A stretch of 64,000 bases of DNA from Octopus vulgaris (GCA_951406725.2 OX597824.1:22506001-22570000); one strand, 5' to 3'; counted from the first letter of the stretch, positions 1 to 14,176 are shown. Notes: a model not told the origin generated them from the sequence alone. Translations and numbers: made by a program.

Positions 1-575
1 TTTTTTTGTTTTTGTAGATCGATGTTCTTCGTATACAGATGACAGATGATTGACAAAACCTCTGCGTGCACGCACTCACTCACAGTCACTCACGCACGCA
101 ATACAAGGGTAATGCTTTCATCACAAATGGGATGGTTTAACCTGGTTTTAATATATCCATTACATTAATATTATTTCTTCGTAATCCCAACACTCACGTG
201 AACTTTCTCTGCCTCATCGACACAAGTACCCTCTGTCTCCCGCCCTTCATCCCGTTTCACCCCAACTGCCATACATTCGCTCTTGTAAATACTAGCCTCG
301 CTTGTCACTTAGAACCTGCGAACTTCAAACTTCGCCCAAACAGTCACAGCATCCGCCCTCCTTGCATCTCTTTACGCGTGTACCCCTCTCTCCATCCTCG
401 TCCGTCTCTGATATTATCATGTATCTCTATTATCATACGACGTGACCTTCACGTTTTATTCTTTCCGCTTGACCTCTTTTTCCCTCTACATTTACAGGCT
501 AGGGAACGGAGCTGCAGAGGGTGTAAACGCTCCTTCACACTAAAATTTTTTGCGGGAGCAATATTTCGAACATCC

Positions 576-616
<41 letters not shown>

Positions 617-760
617 CTGTTCTGTTTTTATGTATATATGTGTTGTAGAATATAGATATAACGAAATTATGCCACCAATGTCGCATTTTAAACTTGATGA
701 AGAAAAAAAAAAGCCTTGCATATTTGTTCGGAAGACTTTCGCCCGTACCTCCCCAATTTA

Positions 761-973
761 CTCTTTTACTTGTTTCAGTCATTTGACTGCGGCCATGCTG
801 GAGCACCGCCTTTAGTCGAGCAAATCGACCCCGGGACTTATTCTTTGTAAGCCCAGTACTTATTCTATCGGTGTCTTTTGCCGAACCGCTAGGTGACGGG
901 GACGTAAACACACCAGCATCGGTTGTCAAGCAATGCTAGGGGACAAACACAGACACACAATCACACACATATA

Positions 974-1017
<44 letters not shown>

Positions 1018-1146
1018 TACGACAGGCTTCTTTCAGTTTCCGTCTACCAAATCCACTCACAAAGCATTGGTCGGCCCGGGGCTATAGCAGAAGACAGTTG
1101 CCCAAGATGTGGTTGGTTAGCAAGCTACTTACCACACAGCCACTCC
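761..1146 (-). mobile_element. SINE family A (tRNA head, internal TA/TG microsatellite)
   Basis: Matches copies at 19977, 32945, 42441 and 44005. Deletion in the head. Confidence 0.85.
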
Positions 1147-1295
1147 ATAAATTTGTTTATTTTTGTAATTTTTTTTTTCCAAAAATCCCCGTTTTCGGAT
1201 ACGGAGGTTCCGGAAAATTGCCAAAATCGGCATTGTGAAATTTCCCCCCCCCCTTTCCCCCCCACAACTTCTTCAATTTTGACTTTTTTCTCTGA

Positions 1296-1373
1296 CCCTA
1301 ACCCTAACCCTAAAACCCTCACCCTAACCCTAATCCTAAAACCCTCACCCTCACCCAAACCCTAAAACCCTAA
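1296..1373. repeat. Degenerate interstitial telomeric (CCCTAA)n repeat inside a repeat element
   Basis: ccctaaccctaaccctaaaaccctcaccctaaccctaatcct... Confidence 0.75.
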
Positions 1374-1716
1374 CTGTAAGTACAGAAATGTTTTGAAATT
1401 TTTGTCCAAGTCATGTCCGTATTTTTCCGCATATTTAAAAAAAAAAAAAATTCTTAAAAAAAATTTTTACAAAGATTTTTGGAAATTTTTTTCAGAATCA
1501 TAATCTCCGTATTTTTCCGCATATTTTGGGAAAAAAATTGTGAAAAAAGTGAAAAATGAAGAAAAACGGGGGTTTGTGCCGGAAAAAAAAAAATTTAAGG
1601 GTGGTTTGAGGGGGTGGGTATGGGTGGAAGTTTTGTCATTTGTTCTTACCTGCTTCATGTGTGTATGTAAAATCCGTAAATTTCCAAACAGAAAAACGAG
1701 AACGCCGTGTCAATTA

Positions 1717-3885
1717 TATCTTTCTTTATTGCCCATAAGGGGCCAACACAGAGGGGACAAAGACAAACACGTGGGGACACATAACACGAAAATAAATAAA
1801 ACTGAGAAAAAAATTTAATTAGAACGTATGATAAGATGAATGATAACATGAAAATGATAATGAAACTGTGTCGCTTGCCCCACCTCTAGCAGCATCATTT
1901 ACTTCCTTGGGAGTCCTTTTGTCACATCGACACCAAATTTCTCTTAAAAAAAGACTCCGCCGGTTACGACGACGAGGGTCCCAGCTGATACGATCAACGG
2001 AACAGCTTGCTCGTGAAATTAACGTGCAAATGGCTGAGCATTCCACAGACACGTGTACCCTTAACGTAGTTCTCGGGGATAATCAGCGTGACACAGAGAG
2101 TGACAAGGCTGACCCTTTGAAATACAAGTACAACTCATTTTTGCCAGCTGAGTGGACTGGAGCAACGTGAAATCGAATGTCCTTTTAAAGACTCCGCCGG
2201 TTACGACGACGAGGGTCCCAGCTGATACGATCAACGGAACAGCTTGCTCGTGAAATTAACGTGCAAATGGCTGAGCATTCCACAGACACGTGTACCCTTA
2301 ACGTAGTTCTCGGGGATAATCAGCGTGACACAGAGAGTGACAAGGCTGACCCTTTGAAATACAAGTACAACTCATTTTTGCCAGCTGAGTGGACTGGAGC
2401 AACGTGAAAAAAAGTGTCTTGCTCAAGGACAGACACAACGCGACGCCGGGAATCGAACTCACAACCTTACGATCATGAGCCGAATGCCCTAACCACTAAG
2501 CCACGCGCCCTCACTGCAAATTTCTCTAATAGTTCTTCAAAGCCTATGTTGTCTGGTATCCTCTCAACGTCTGTATTGATTTTCAAGAACTTATAACATT
2601 TTTTGTATTTCTTCACTTCTTCTGCTTTTCTGAAAGTAACACACATATGTGCCACCCTATTATGTTCGTTTATTCTTTTGTACCAACAAATTTTGCCGTC
2701 TTCCAATCTGTTGTTTTCCGAAGTATTTCCTTATTCTCTTTGTCCGTCAATATACAAAAGTAATTTACTTAACGGGGAAGGGAATTCTTTGTACTTTATT
2801 GTGATTGCATTTTTTTTTCCTTTTTTGGTGTCTGTAGAGAGAGGGTGGGTCTGAGAGGATATGGGTGGGGTGGGTCAGGTTTGGGGTTCCACTATTCTTT
2901 TTTCCTATTTTTTCTTCTTCTTTCTGCAATTGTCCATGCTTCCTCTCTTTCCTTTCCCTCCTCTTACTTCTTTTGTGGTCTCTCGTCCATCCTTTCCGTA
3001 GTCTGCTTCTACAGAGGGCAGTGTGCTCTAATGTGGCCTTTTTGGCCACATTTAAAACAACGAGGAGTCCTGTCCCTCCACCCACACTTTCAACACTACA
3101 TCTCCGATTGATACTGTTTCCACCAAATTTTCGAGTGTTTCAACTGTAGCCTGTACAATCAAATCCATTGTCTGTCCTTTCCAAACCGAGTTTTCTGTTT
3201 TTGTGGCTTGGGGGACGGCTAATTCTTCTTTACCTCCTAGAAGAACAGCCGCCACGACCCAAGCCACATCTATTTCTGGTGGGATTCCTTCCACCTTAAT
3301 TCTAGAAGTCCTTCTTACCAAATAAGTGGGTAGAAGGACCACTTAGTTTTTACTGTGTTTATAGTGTTTTCCTTTGCTTTGTCTTCTGTCTTAAAATGGA
3401 CTACAATAGTTCCGAATTTACTTCCTCTGACAAGATATAACATATCTTGCCAGACTGAGCGCGATGCCTTTTCCATAGTTTCCGCTTCTACATGTTCTAT
3501 TTTCTTTTCCTCCAATGAATACACCTTGTATACTACAGTCTTTTTGTCTATTTCGTCCATTATCTTCTGGAGTGGTGAGAGCTTAGTCTCCACCCACTCT
3601 ACATGCAATTTTCTCATATTTTCCAATATTTGACTTCTGTAAAGCTTTTCTTCTGTGGGCATTTGTCCATCTTGTTGACTGCAAGAAGTAACTCCTCCTC
3701 CGAAGAGGACAATTCGGAATCATCAATGCCTGAATAGTACATTCTTTCTGCCATGGCTTCTCTTGATAAAATCGAAAGAAAGCACAACTAGAAAACCACT
3801 GCAAACCAACACAAAACAACCAAGAATTCAAACAACAGCAATTTCAAACAATAATCAAACTTCAACTCACACTACCAACACCTAA
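1717..3885 (-). mobile_element. Degenerate non-LTR element encoding only a gag-like ORF1 (CCHC knuckle), interrupted by a SINE
   Basis: Frameshifted ORF pieces 3315-3662, 3052-3342 and 2473-2706. RTPRCFKCGQKGHIRAHCP knuckle near 3013-3071. Frame resumes across the SINE (LEKFGVDVTKGLPRK*), then a short 3' UTR with AATAAA. Confidence 0.72.
1945..2516 (-). mobile_element. tRNA-headed SINE (family C) with tandemly duplicated 3' part and 11-bp TSD
   Basis: A/B-box head near 2440-2511. 1950-2170 repeated at 2189-2407. TSD CAAATTTCTCT at 1934-1944 and 2517-2527. Near-identical single copy at 40113-40440. Confidence 0.88.
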
Positions 3886-3886
3886 A

Positions 3887-4278
3887 TATTCTTTCTACTC
3901 TGGGCACAAGGCCAGACATTTTAGGGGAGGAGGCAGTTGATTAGATCGACCCCAGTACGCAACTGGTACTTAATTTATCGATCCCGAAAGGATGAAAGGC
4001 AAAGTCGACCACGGCTGTATTTGAAGTCTGAACGTAGCGGCAGCCGAAATATCTATTTCTTTACTACCCACAAGGGGCTAAACGCAGAGAGGACAAACAA
4101 GGACAGACAAATGGATTAAGTCGATTACATCGACCTCAGGGCGTAACTGGTACTTAATTTATCGACCCCGAAAGGATGAAAGGCAAAGTCGTCCTCGGCA
4201 GAATTTGAACTCCGAACGTAACGGCAGACGTAACGGCATTTCGCCCGGCGTGCTAACGTTTCTGCCAGCTCGCCGCTT
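3887..4278 (-). mobile_element. SINE family B, two tandem units with different tails
   Basis: Core GTCGACTTTGCCTTTCATCCTTTCGGGGTCGATAAATTAAGTACCAG occurs twice on the - strand. Confidence 0.82.
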
Positions 4279-4407
4279 TCGCCGTATCAATTATAGTTGT
4301 CCATGTCTTTTTTTTTTTAACCACTAAAGAGCAGAAATATTGCAACATGCATGGAGAAAAGGAGGGACTATACAACGCATTTTATGAATTTCATAAAAAA
4401 CATTCTT

Positions 4408-4817
4408 AGATCTTTTCGGTTTGAACGGCAGTTTTTTCTAGCGGTGTCATATGAAATTGTCACCCATAATTATGACCCTAGTATCGATCTATTGCATTTC
4501 AATCTGTTTTAGGGTTAGGGGTGTGGTGTGGGTATCTTTTTTTCTTCACAAATGTAAATAAACCCAATCTGTTTAACGAGGGACATATTCATACGGCACA
4601 GAATGTTTTTTTTTTACCTCAATGGACGTCATTGGTTGGTTGAAATTGCAGAAATTGAAGAAAAAAAGCAACAAATATCTTACAAACTATAGAATTTTCT
4701 CAATAAAGCCAAGAGAAAAAGATGTTTTATAAGCACATTCTACCAGTATACGAAGTTTAAAAGTGTTTAGTTACCTAGAAATTATGTTAAAAACTGCCGT
4801 TCAAACCGAAAAGATCC
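4408..4817. mobile_element. MITE, about 30-bp TIR (GGATCTTTTCGGTTTGAACGGCAGTTTT), 8-bp TSD
   Basis: TSD ACATTCTT at 4400-4407 and 4818-4825. Second copy in opposite orientation at 10732. Confidence 0.9.
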
Positions 4818-4869
4818 ACATTCTTGAAGTTTAAATTAGCACGTTCACGCAGAGGAACAACCGTACACG

Positions 4870-4904
<35 letters not shown>

Positions 4905-5387
4905 GAACAAGCATGCATGCACGTACAGCCCATTAGCTTTCTTCCCTTCCTCTCATTTCGTCAACTGACAGTTTACAAGACAACGTGCTTTTCACGGAAT
5001 TCGCCGAATGATTTGTTTTGATTTTTCGAGACAAACCGAAAGAATACCTATAAAGTTCTATCAATTATATTTGAGGGTATATTTCAAATGTCTTCCTTTT
5101 GGCGCGCCAAAGCCGGAAAGAGATCTGCAGTTTTAATTAATCCGCATCAAATTTACCAGGTAGAGAACATGGTTATATAAAAGTTAAATAATAAGGGTAG
5201 AAATTAATATTAATTGGAAAATCACAAAAAATTCTTCTTTTTCAGGGTAAGTGAGATTGTATTTGATTTAACTGACCCCCAGTAATCAAGCAAAACTTAT
5301 TTTATCATACACTTTGGTGCGATGATGAAAGAATCATTTAGAAAATGTACACAAGAGTGGCTGTGTGGTACACAATGTACACAAGAG

Positions 5388-5730
5388 TAGGCGCAGGAGT
5401 GGCTGTGTGGTAAGTAGCTGGCTAACCAACCACATGCTTCTGGGTTCAGTCCCACTGCGTGGCATCTTGGGCAAGTGTCTTCTGCTATAGCCTCGGGCCG
5501 ACCAAAGCCTTGTGAGTGGATTTGGTAGACGGAAACTGAAAGAAGCCTGTCGTATATATGTATATATATATATATAATAATAAATATTAGGGAATAAATC
5601 CAAATTTACAGGGAAAAAAATCAGATTTAGGATTAAATCCAATTTTATAGTAAAATATTATATAATATTATTAGAGACAAAACCACTATTTTGCAAAACA
5701 AACAAGGAAAGACTTAATCAATACATAAAA

Positions 5731-5795
<65 letters not shown>

Positions 5796-6018
5796 ATGTG
5801 TGTGTATATGTTTGTGTGTTTGTCCCTCTAGCATTGCTTGACAACCGATGCTGGTGTGTTTACGTCCCCGTCACCTAGCGGTTCGGCAAAAAAGAGACCG
5901 ATAGAAAAAATGTACTGGGCTTACAAAAGAATAAGTCCCGGGTTCGAGTTGCTCGATTAAAAGGCGGTGCTCCAGCATGGCCGCAGTCAAATGACTGAAA
6001 CAAGTAAACGAGTAAACA
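5388..6018 (+). mobile_element. SINE family A with an AT-rich insertion in its internal microsatellite
   Basis: Head 5388-5550, foreign segment about 5575-5740, tail to 6018. Confidence 0.82.
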
Positions 6019-6301
6019 AGACACTGTAAATGGCATGTTTTGTTCTCTCTCTCTCTCTGTCCTCCTTAACAAGTAACTGTATTGTTCAGATGAGCGTACA
6101 GACGGTTAGATGTGTGGAGGGAGCGAAAAACAGTTAGATAACATATTTAATTTAAATTCCTTCACACGTCATCTCCGCTTCGTTCATTACGTAATCAAAC
6201 TGTTATTCTTTGTTTTTTGCTTTATGGTATTTCCAGTTCCTTTTTTGTTTTGTTTTTTTTTTTTTTAACGTTTTTCTGTTTTAGTCTGTGTATTTAAATG
6301 T

Positions 6302-6340
<39 letters not shown>

Positions 6341-6359
6341 GGGCCTAGTGTTACCATAT

Positions 6360-6730
6360 GGTAGCAGTTAGTGGTGGCGAGGGTAAGGGTAACAGTGGCA
6401 GTGGTAGTAGTGGTGTTAGTGGTGGTCGTGTGTTAGCGGTAGTGGTGGTGGTGATGCTGGTTGTTTTTGTGGTGGTGAGGGTGATGGTAGGGTGGTAGTG
6501 ACTGTAGCTGCAGTGATGGTGTTGGCAGTGGCGGTGGTGGTGGTGGTGGTGTGTTAGTGTTGGTGATGCTAGTTGTTGTGGCGATGGTGATGAGAAGCGA
6601 TTATGGTACGGGTGGCAGTAGTTATGGTAGGGTGGTAGTGACTAGCTGCAAGTGATGGTGTTGTCAGTGGCGGTGGTGGTGGCAGTGTTGGTGTCAGTGG
6701 TGGGGATGGTGGTGGTGGTGGTGGTGGTAA
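6360..6730. repeat. Degenerate (GGT)n low-complexity tract
   Basis: Direct inspection. Confidence 0.85.
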
Positions 6731-6942
6731 AGTAAATGTAAAGGTTACCTTCTCGAGTCATACCGACTCATAAGGGCCGGTTTCCCCGTTTCCTTGGCGT
6801 ATAAACTCCCCACCTGGATGGGACGCTAGTCTGTCGCAGGGTTACTCACTTTTGTCAGCCGAGTGGACTGGAGTAACGTGAAATGAAGTGTTTTGCCTGC
6901 ACATGATAAATAAACAAAATGAAAAGAAAAAGGGAAACATAT

Positions 6943-7470
6943 AGGGGCAATCATGGTTGTGTGGTCAGAAGTTTGCTTCTCAACAACATGATGCCAGGTT
7001 CAGTCCCACTGCGTGGCACCTTGGGCAAGTGTCTTCTTTTATAGCCTAGGGTTGACCAAACCCTTGTGAGTGGATTTGGTACACGGAAACTAAAAGACCA
7101 TTGTATATGTGTGTGAGTGAGCATAAGTGTGTGTGTGTGCAAGCGGATGTGTTTTGTGTGTGTGTGAGTGTGCATGTGTGCGTGAATGCATGTTTTGTGT
7201 GTGTGTGTGTGAGTGTGCATGTGTGCGTGAATGCATGTTTTGTGTGTGTGTGTTTGTGTGTGTATTTGACCCCTACCACTACTTGACAACCAGTTTTGGT
7301 GTGTTTCATCTCCGTAACTTAGCAGCTCAACAAAAGAGGACCAATAAAATGAATAATCAGGCTTTAAAAAAAAATTGAACAAGTACTGGGAATGATTCAT
7401 TCCACTTAAAATTCTTCAAGGCTTTGCCCCAGCATGGCCAGTCTAATGACCGAAACCGATAAAAGATGAA
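6943..7470 (+). mobile_element. Older SINE family A copy
   Basis: Diverged head, core and tail. Expanded TG-rich interior. Confidence 0.75.
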
Positions 7471-7829
7471 AAGACAGATTCCTTGATTCAGGGAGGAATG
7501 TCCAACATTCTTCTAGGGTAGCAACTGCCACAGGGCATGACACGTTTCGGCACAGCCACTTTGGCACACCATTTTGGCACAGTCATTTCGGTGCCGCTAA
7601 TTTGGTGGTGCTGATTCGATGCTGACTTATTTGACATCAGGTGTTTTTTTTATGTTTCTCTTGTTGTAATGTTATTCTCATTCTCCCCCCCCCCACTTCA
7701 CTCTGTCTGCATGTGTGAGAGCATATTTCCTTATATGGGGATGAGGAGAGAGAAAAGGTTTATGTCAGTTGTGTTCAGCTAATGAATTGTAATGTTCTTC
7801 TCCCTTTCTCTTTCTCCCTCTCTCTCTCT

Positions 7830-8056
7830 CTCTTTTACTCTTTCACTTGTTTCAGTCATTTGACTGCGGCCATGCTGGAGCACCGCCTTTAGTCGAGCAA
7901 CTCGACCCCGGGACTTATTCTTTGTTAGCCCAGTACTTATTCTATCGGTCAGTTTTGCCGAACCACTAAGTAACAGGGACATAAACACACCAGCATCGGT
8001 TGTCAAGCAATGCTAGGGGGACAAACACAGATACACAAACACACACACGCACACAT

Positions 8057-8100
<44 letters not shown>

Positions 8101-8255
8101 ATTGATTGATTGATTGATTCTAGTTTCAGCTTATGAGCTGTGGCCATGCTGGGGCACACATATATACGACAGGCTTCTTTCAGTTTCCATCTACCAAATC
8201 CACTCACAAGGCATTGGTTGGCCAGAGGCTATAGTAGAAGACACTTGCCCAAGAT
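7830..8255 (-). mobile_element. SINE family A, 5'-truncated
   Basis: Similarity to the other copies. Confidence 0.78.
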
Positions 8256-8494
8256 GCCTCTCTCTCTGTCGTATCTTCTCTCCCTCCATCTGAATATGCA
8301 TATATCTCTGCATACACATGTGTGTGTGTGTATGTATGTGTATGTTTGCTTCCAGTGCTAATAGCTACTGCCACCAAAACTGGTTGAATATCCAAACAGT
8401 CTCAAACAAATGGTTTCATTCCAATGACATCAGCATCATTCCAGCTGTAAAAGCAATATTCCATTCTAGTTTCAAAGGGTAAAGACTTTCTTCA

Positions 8495-8818
8495 ATTATG
8501 AATGACCATGGGATTGCACCTGGAAAGTTTATCTCCAAGGCACATGTCTGGGCAAGGTTCTTTAAGGGAGACCAGCACTCAATTCATGCATACCAGCCTC
8601 CCCTCTCCGTGCCACCAGTGCTGTCCAAGGGAAAGACAAAGCCCGATACAGCTTGGCACCAGTGACATTACAAATCATTCCTACAGCTGAGTGGACTGAA
8701 ACGATGGGAAAATATAATGTCTTGCTCAAAGAACTCAACACAGCTCGTTCCAGGAATTGAACTCACAACCTCACAGTTGTAAGCCCAAATGCTCTAACCA
8801 CTGAGCCATTTGCCTTCA
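8495..8818 (-). mobile_element. SINE family C, tail variant shared with 29865 and 45910
   Basis: GACCATGGGATTGCACCT... tail and tRNA-like head. Confidence 0.72.
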
Positions 8819-9048
8819 CCATTGTAGCATTACAGAAATCATATATGCCAAATGCTTCACAACTGAATGAATTAAGGAATCACTGCAGTTACCTTCTGAT
8901 CATAGACCTGTTGCATCTATCAAAGTATTGACATAGCTTCTTGTACAAGAATTAAATATATGTGTGTGCATGTAATAATGTATTGTATATATGTAGGTAT
9001 ATTGCATGTTTATATATTATATTATTATATTGTATATTATTATTGTAT

Positions 9049-9300
9049 GTGGAGGCACGTGGCTTAGTGGTTAGGGTGTCAGCATCATGATCATAAGATT
9101 GTGGTTTCGATTCCTGGACCGGGTGACGCGTTGTGTTCTTGAGCAAAACACTTCATTTCACATTGCTCCAGTCCACTCAGCTGGCAAAAATGAGTAACAC
9201 TACGATGGACTGGCGTCCCGTCCAGCTGGGGAACACATACGCCATTGAAACCGGGAAACCGGGCCCATGAGCCTGGCTAGGCTTTAAACAGGCGCATTTA
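9049..9300 (+). mobile_element. SINE family C, short-tail variant
   Basis: GTGGCTTAGTGG A box, GTTTCGATTCC B box, GTTCTTGAGCAAAACACTT core. Confidence 0.8.
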
Positions 9301-9344
9301 TTTTATTTATTATTATTATTGTATATTTTCTTTATCTTTTGCAG

Positions 9345-9366
9345 AAAAAGAACTGTTATCCATATC
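9345..9366 (+). CDS. IL-17 receptor-like gene, 22-nt microexon (KKNCYPY-Q)
   Basis: Polypyrimidine tract ttttctttatcttttgcAG, donor GTaaga. 22 nt ends in phase 1 and joins 10457 in frame to give KKNCYPYQWQSTIGV. Confidence 0.6.
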
Positions 9367-9442
9367 GTAAGAGCTATTTTATTCATCTCTTTGTGTCTGT
9401 TTGTCTGTATATATGCCTGATTTAATGCTTGTTAATATTATA

Positions 9443-9828
9443 TCTTTATATATAAAAGAGAGGTTGTGTGTCTGTCTCCTACGATTTAGATTCCTAACTA
9501 CTCCCACATTTTGCGGTGCAGTTTAAGTTATAGTCGTGATTCATATCGAGCCCTTCTGGGTATTAGCGCGCGTCTACAATGAGTCTACAATTTAAAAAAA
9601 AATTTACCATCATTTTTTTCCATTTTAATGCATTTTTTTCGCTATTATATACGGGAAGTAACTCTCTAAAAATGTCTACGATGAATCAACGATTCTAAAA
9701 AAAATTTACCATAATTTTTTTTCCATTTTTAATGCATTTTTTTTGCTATTTTTTGGCTATAACTCTCTAAAAATGCTTATATAGTTATTTCCCTTACAAA
9801 CCCAAGCAATGCCGGGCGATACTGCTAG
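9443..9828 (+). mobile_element. Non-autonomous Helitron-like element
   Basis: 5' TC(TTTATATATAAA), 3' GC-rich segment then CTAG, inserted between A and T, no TSD. Same family at 36470. Confidence 0.8.
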
Positions 9829-10456
9829 TTACAAATATTTCTGTTATATATGTGTAATAGCAGGACCCAGGAATATTTCATGGGATTAATGGTAAATCGT
9901 TTGGTTTATCATCTTGCTTTGATTTCACAACGAGGGTTGGCAACTGGAAGGGTATCTGGCTGTAGAAAACCTGCCTTAACAAATCCCAACCAGCCCATGC
10001 CAGCATGGAAAAGTAGATGTTAATGAAACATGTATGGCCTCTCATAGACCAATCCTTTCGGTCATCTCTTTTGAAACATAGGGGTATGACATATTTATTC
10101 TAAGCCCTTAAGATATAGGCCAAAATGCTGTTTCTTTAAATGTTTATCTTTAAATATTTGTTTTGCAAGATTTTTGATGTGAAATCGTGTGTTGAAACAG
10201 ATATTGTTGTATTTAGGAATGGTCATTTTGCCAGTTTAGCCAATAAAAATACACACTATATACTTGGTGTGACTTTGCTTCAGCGTTATTTATTTTTCAC
10301 ATTAATCTTAATCTTAATTAATTGCATCATTTATCAAAATCTTTAAAGATTTTGATGAATGATGCAAAAAAATGATAAAGTTTCTAAATTAATTTATTAG
10401 TTTACTTGAATTCCATTTCTAACAAAATCTGTAATCCCATTTTCTTTACATTTCAG

Positions 10457-10605
10457 AATGGCAATCTACCATTGGAGTAGAAGTGCATAGAAATCATCAC
10501 AGCTTACTAGTACAATTTACTCATGCCGAACAAGTAACGAACTTTGTGAATTACACAGTGATGTTACAGAGAGATAATTATAATACAACTGAAACAACAA
10601 ATGAC
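10457..10605 (+). CDS. IL-17 receptor-like gene, ectodomain exon (WQSTIGVEVHRNHHSLLVQFTHAEQVTNFVNYTVMLQRDNYNTTETTND)
   Basis: tttctttacatttcAG acceptor, GTAAGT donor at 10606, open frame. W...L.V.F...Y.V.L pattern resembles the second FnIII-like domain of IL-17 receptors. N-glycosylation sequons NYT and NTT. Confidence 0.8.
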
Positions 10606-10731
10606 GTAAGTTCAAACTGCTGTTATTTTCACAGCATCACAAGAGAGCATGAGGCACTTTCACAGAACCATTTAGGTGGCACGTATTTGGCTTTGCTGTT
10701 TTAATGCTGACTTATTTGACAGAAAACATTT

Positions 10732-11152
10732 GGATCTTTTCGGTTTGAACGGCAGTTTTTAACATAATTTCTAGGTAACTAAAAAGTTTTAAACTTTGTA
10801 TACTGGTAGAATGTGTTTATAAAACATCTTTTTCTCTTGGCTTTATTGAGAAAATTCTATAGTTTGTAAGATATTTGTTTTGTTTTTTTTCTTCAATTTC
10901 TGCAATTTCAACCAATCAGTGACATCTATTGAGGTAAAAAACATTCTGTGCCGTATGAATATGTCCCTTGTTTAAGAAACAGATTGGGTTTATTTACATT
11001 TGTGAAGAAAAAAAAAGATGCCCTTCCCCCCACCCCTAACCCTAACCCTAAAAGAGATTGAAATGCAATAGATCAATTCTAGGGTCATAAATATGGGTGA
11101 CAATTTCATATGACACCGCTAGAAAAAACTGCCGTTCAAACTGAAAGGATCC
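10732..11152. mobile_element. MITE, same family as 4408, 8-bp TSD
   Basis: TSD AAACATTT at 10724-10731 and 11153-11160. Internal CCCTAACCCTAACCCT. Confidence 0.9.
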
Positions 11153-11454
11153 AAACATTTTAATGTTTCTTTCATTCTCTCTCTTGCTCTCTCCTTCTCT
11201 TGCTCTCCCTCGCCATTTCTTTCATTCTCTTGCTCTCTCTTTATCTAGCTCTTTCTCGGTCTATCTCTCTTTCTCTCTCTTTCTTGCTTTCTCTATCTCT
11301 CTTTCTCTCCCTCTTGCTCTGTTTCACTCTCTCTCTCTCACGCATTTTCTCTCTCTGTTGGTCTCTCCTCTTGCTCTCTCTTCCTCTAGCTCTGTCTGTC
11401 TGTATGTCTGTTTGCCCGCCCCTCTATATGTATATGTATGTATATATATATATA

Positions 11455-12076
11455 TCATCATCATCGTCGTTTAACGTCCGTTATCCATGCTAGCATGGGT
11501 TGGACGGTTCGACCGGGGTTCTGGGAAGCCAGAAGGCTGCACCAGGCTCCAGTCTAAATTTGGCAATGTTTCTACAGCTGGATGCCCTTCCTAACGCCAT
11601 ATATGGAAATTGCGGATGTGCTACCAGTGCCGGTGGCATGTCGAAACTCTGCTTGTGAAGACCTCGTTGAGGCAAGTGAGGATCAGAATCGAAATCGATC
11701 AATGGAAATTGCAGATGTGTTACCAGTGCCGGTGGCATGTAAGAGAACTTTCCGTTTCGCGACCGTTGCCAGCACCGCCCCGTTTCGTGTCCGTTGCCAG
11801 CCTCGCCTGGCCCTCGTGCCGGTGGCACATAAAAAGCACCATCCGTTCGTGGCCGTTTGCCAGCTCTGTCTGGCACCAGTGCGGGTGGCACGTAAAAAGC
11901 ACCCACTACACTCACGGAGTGGTTGGCGTTAGGAAGGGCATCCAGCCGTAGAAACACTGCCAGATTTGACTGGGCCTGATGAAGCCTTCTGGCTTCACAG
12001 ACCCCAGTAGAACCGTCCAACCCATGCTAGCATGGAAAACGGACGCTAAACGATGATGGTGATGATGATGATGATG
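11455..12076. mobile_element. Head-to-head pair of RTE 3'-tail elements (family D)
   Basis: (CAT)n plus reverse-complement tail on the left, tail plus (GAT)n on the right. About 140-bp inverted arms. Confidence 0.85.
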
Positions 12077-12088
12077 AATATATATATA

Positions 12089-13490
<1,402 letters not shown>

Positions 13491-13844
13491 ATTGTGTATT
13501 TTATACACATGTATTTACTGTGTATTTGTCCCATAATTATACGTTAATCGTAGCGCCCATGCTGAAGATATGGTTTATGTTCCTATAACCTTTGTGAATT
13601 CTGTAACCCTTTAAAACGGAACATAAACCTTCTTTCATGCAAAGATAGCTTAAACTGTGCTCTAAATGGAAGTGTTGTCAAATCCTATTTTATGGACTCA
13701 ACCATGTTCTAAAATAAGTCGAAAGGTAAGCTACTATAAATCAGTACGAACTTTCCGGACAACCCAATATAAGAGAAAAACATAATAATTGAAGTAGGTA
13801 AAGATAGATTTCTGTTTGTTTTTCAAATTCCAATCCAGCAACTT

Positions 13845-13990
13845 ATTAATGCTCATGGCAAAAGAAAGTGTGATAGGAAACGGTAAGGGCTTAAATTTGT
13901 ATGAGACATTAGATGGTGTAATTGGTATGTGAGGAATGAAGATGGTGTCAGGTTTACCACATCTAATGAGAATATTTGCCTCAGTGCAGT
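13845..13990 (-). pseudogene. Helitron PIF1-like helicase C-terminal fragment
   Basis: [34 protein letters not shown] matches the RepHel motif IPRI.L.PS..PF.F.R.QFPV.LAFAMTINK. Confidence 0.75.
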
Positions 13991-14030
13991 TCATCATAGG
14001 CTTGTGCCTCCCTTGAACCATATATATATA

Positions 14031-14087
<57 letters not shown>

Positions 14088-14116
14088 GTATATGTATATA
14101 TATATGTATATATATA

Positions 14117-14149
<33 letters not shown>

Positions 14150-14176
14150 ATGTATATATGTATATGTGTATATATG

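Noticed and set aside
1296-1373. True telomere
   Set aside because: Short, degenerate and internal to a repeat.
11976-11990. CTGATGA hammerhead core
   Set aside because: Point variant of family D sequence CTGGTGCAGCC, with no stem II or GAAA.
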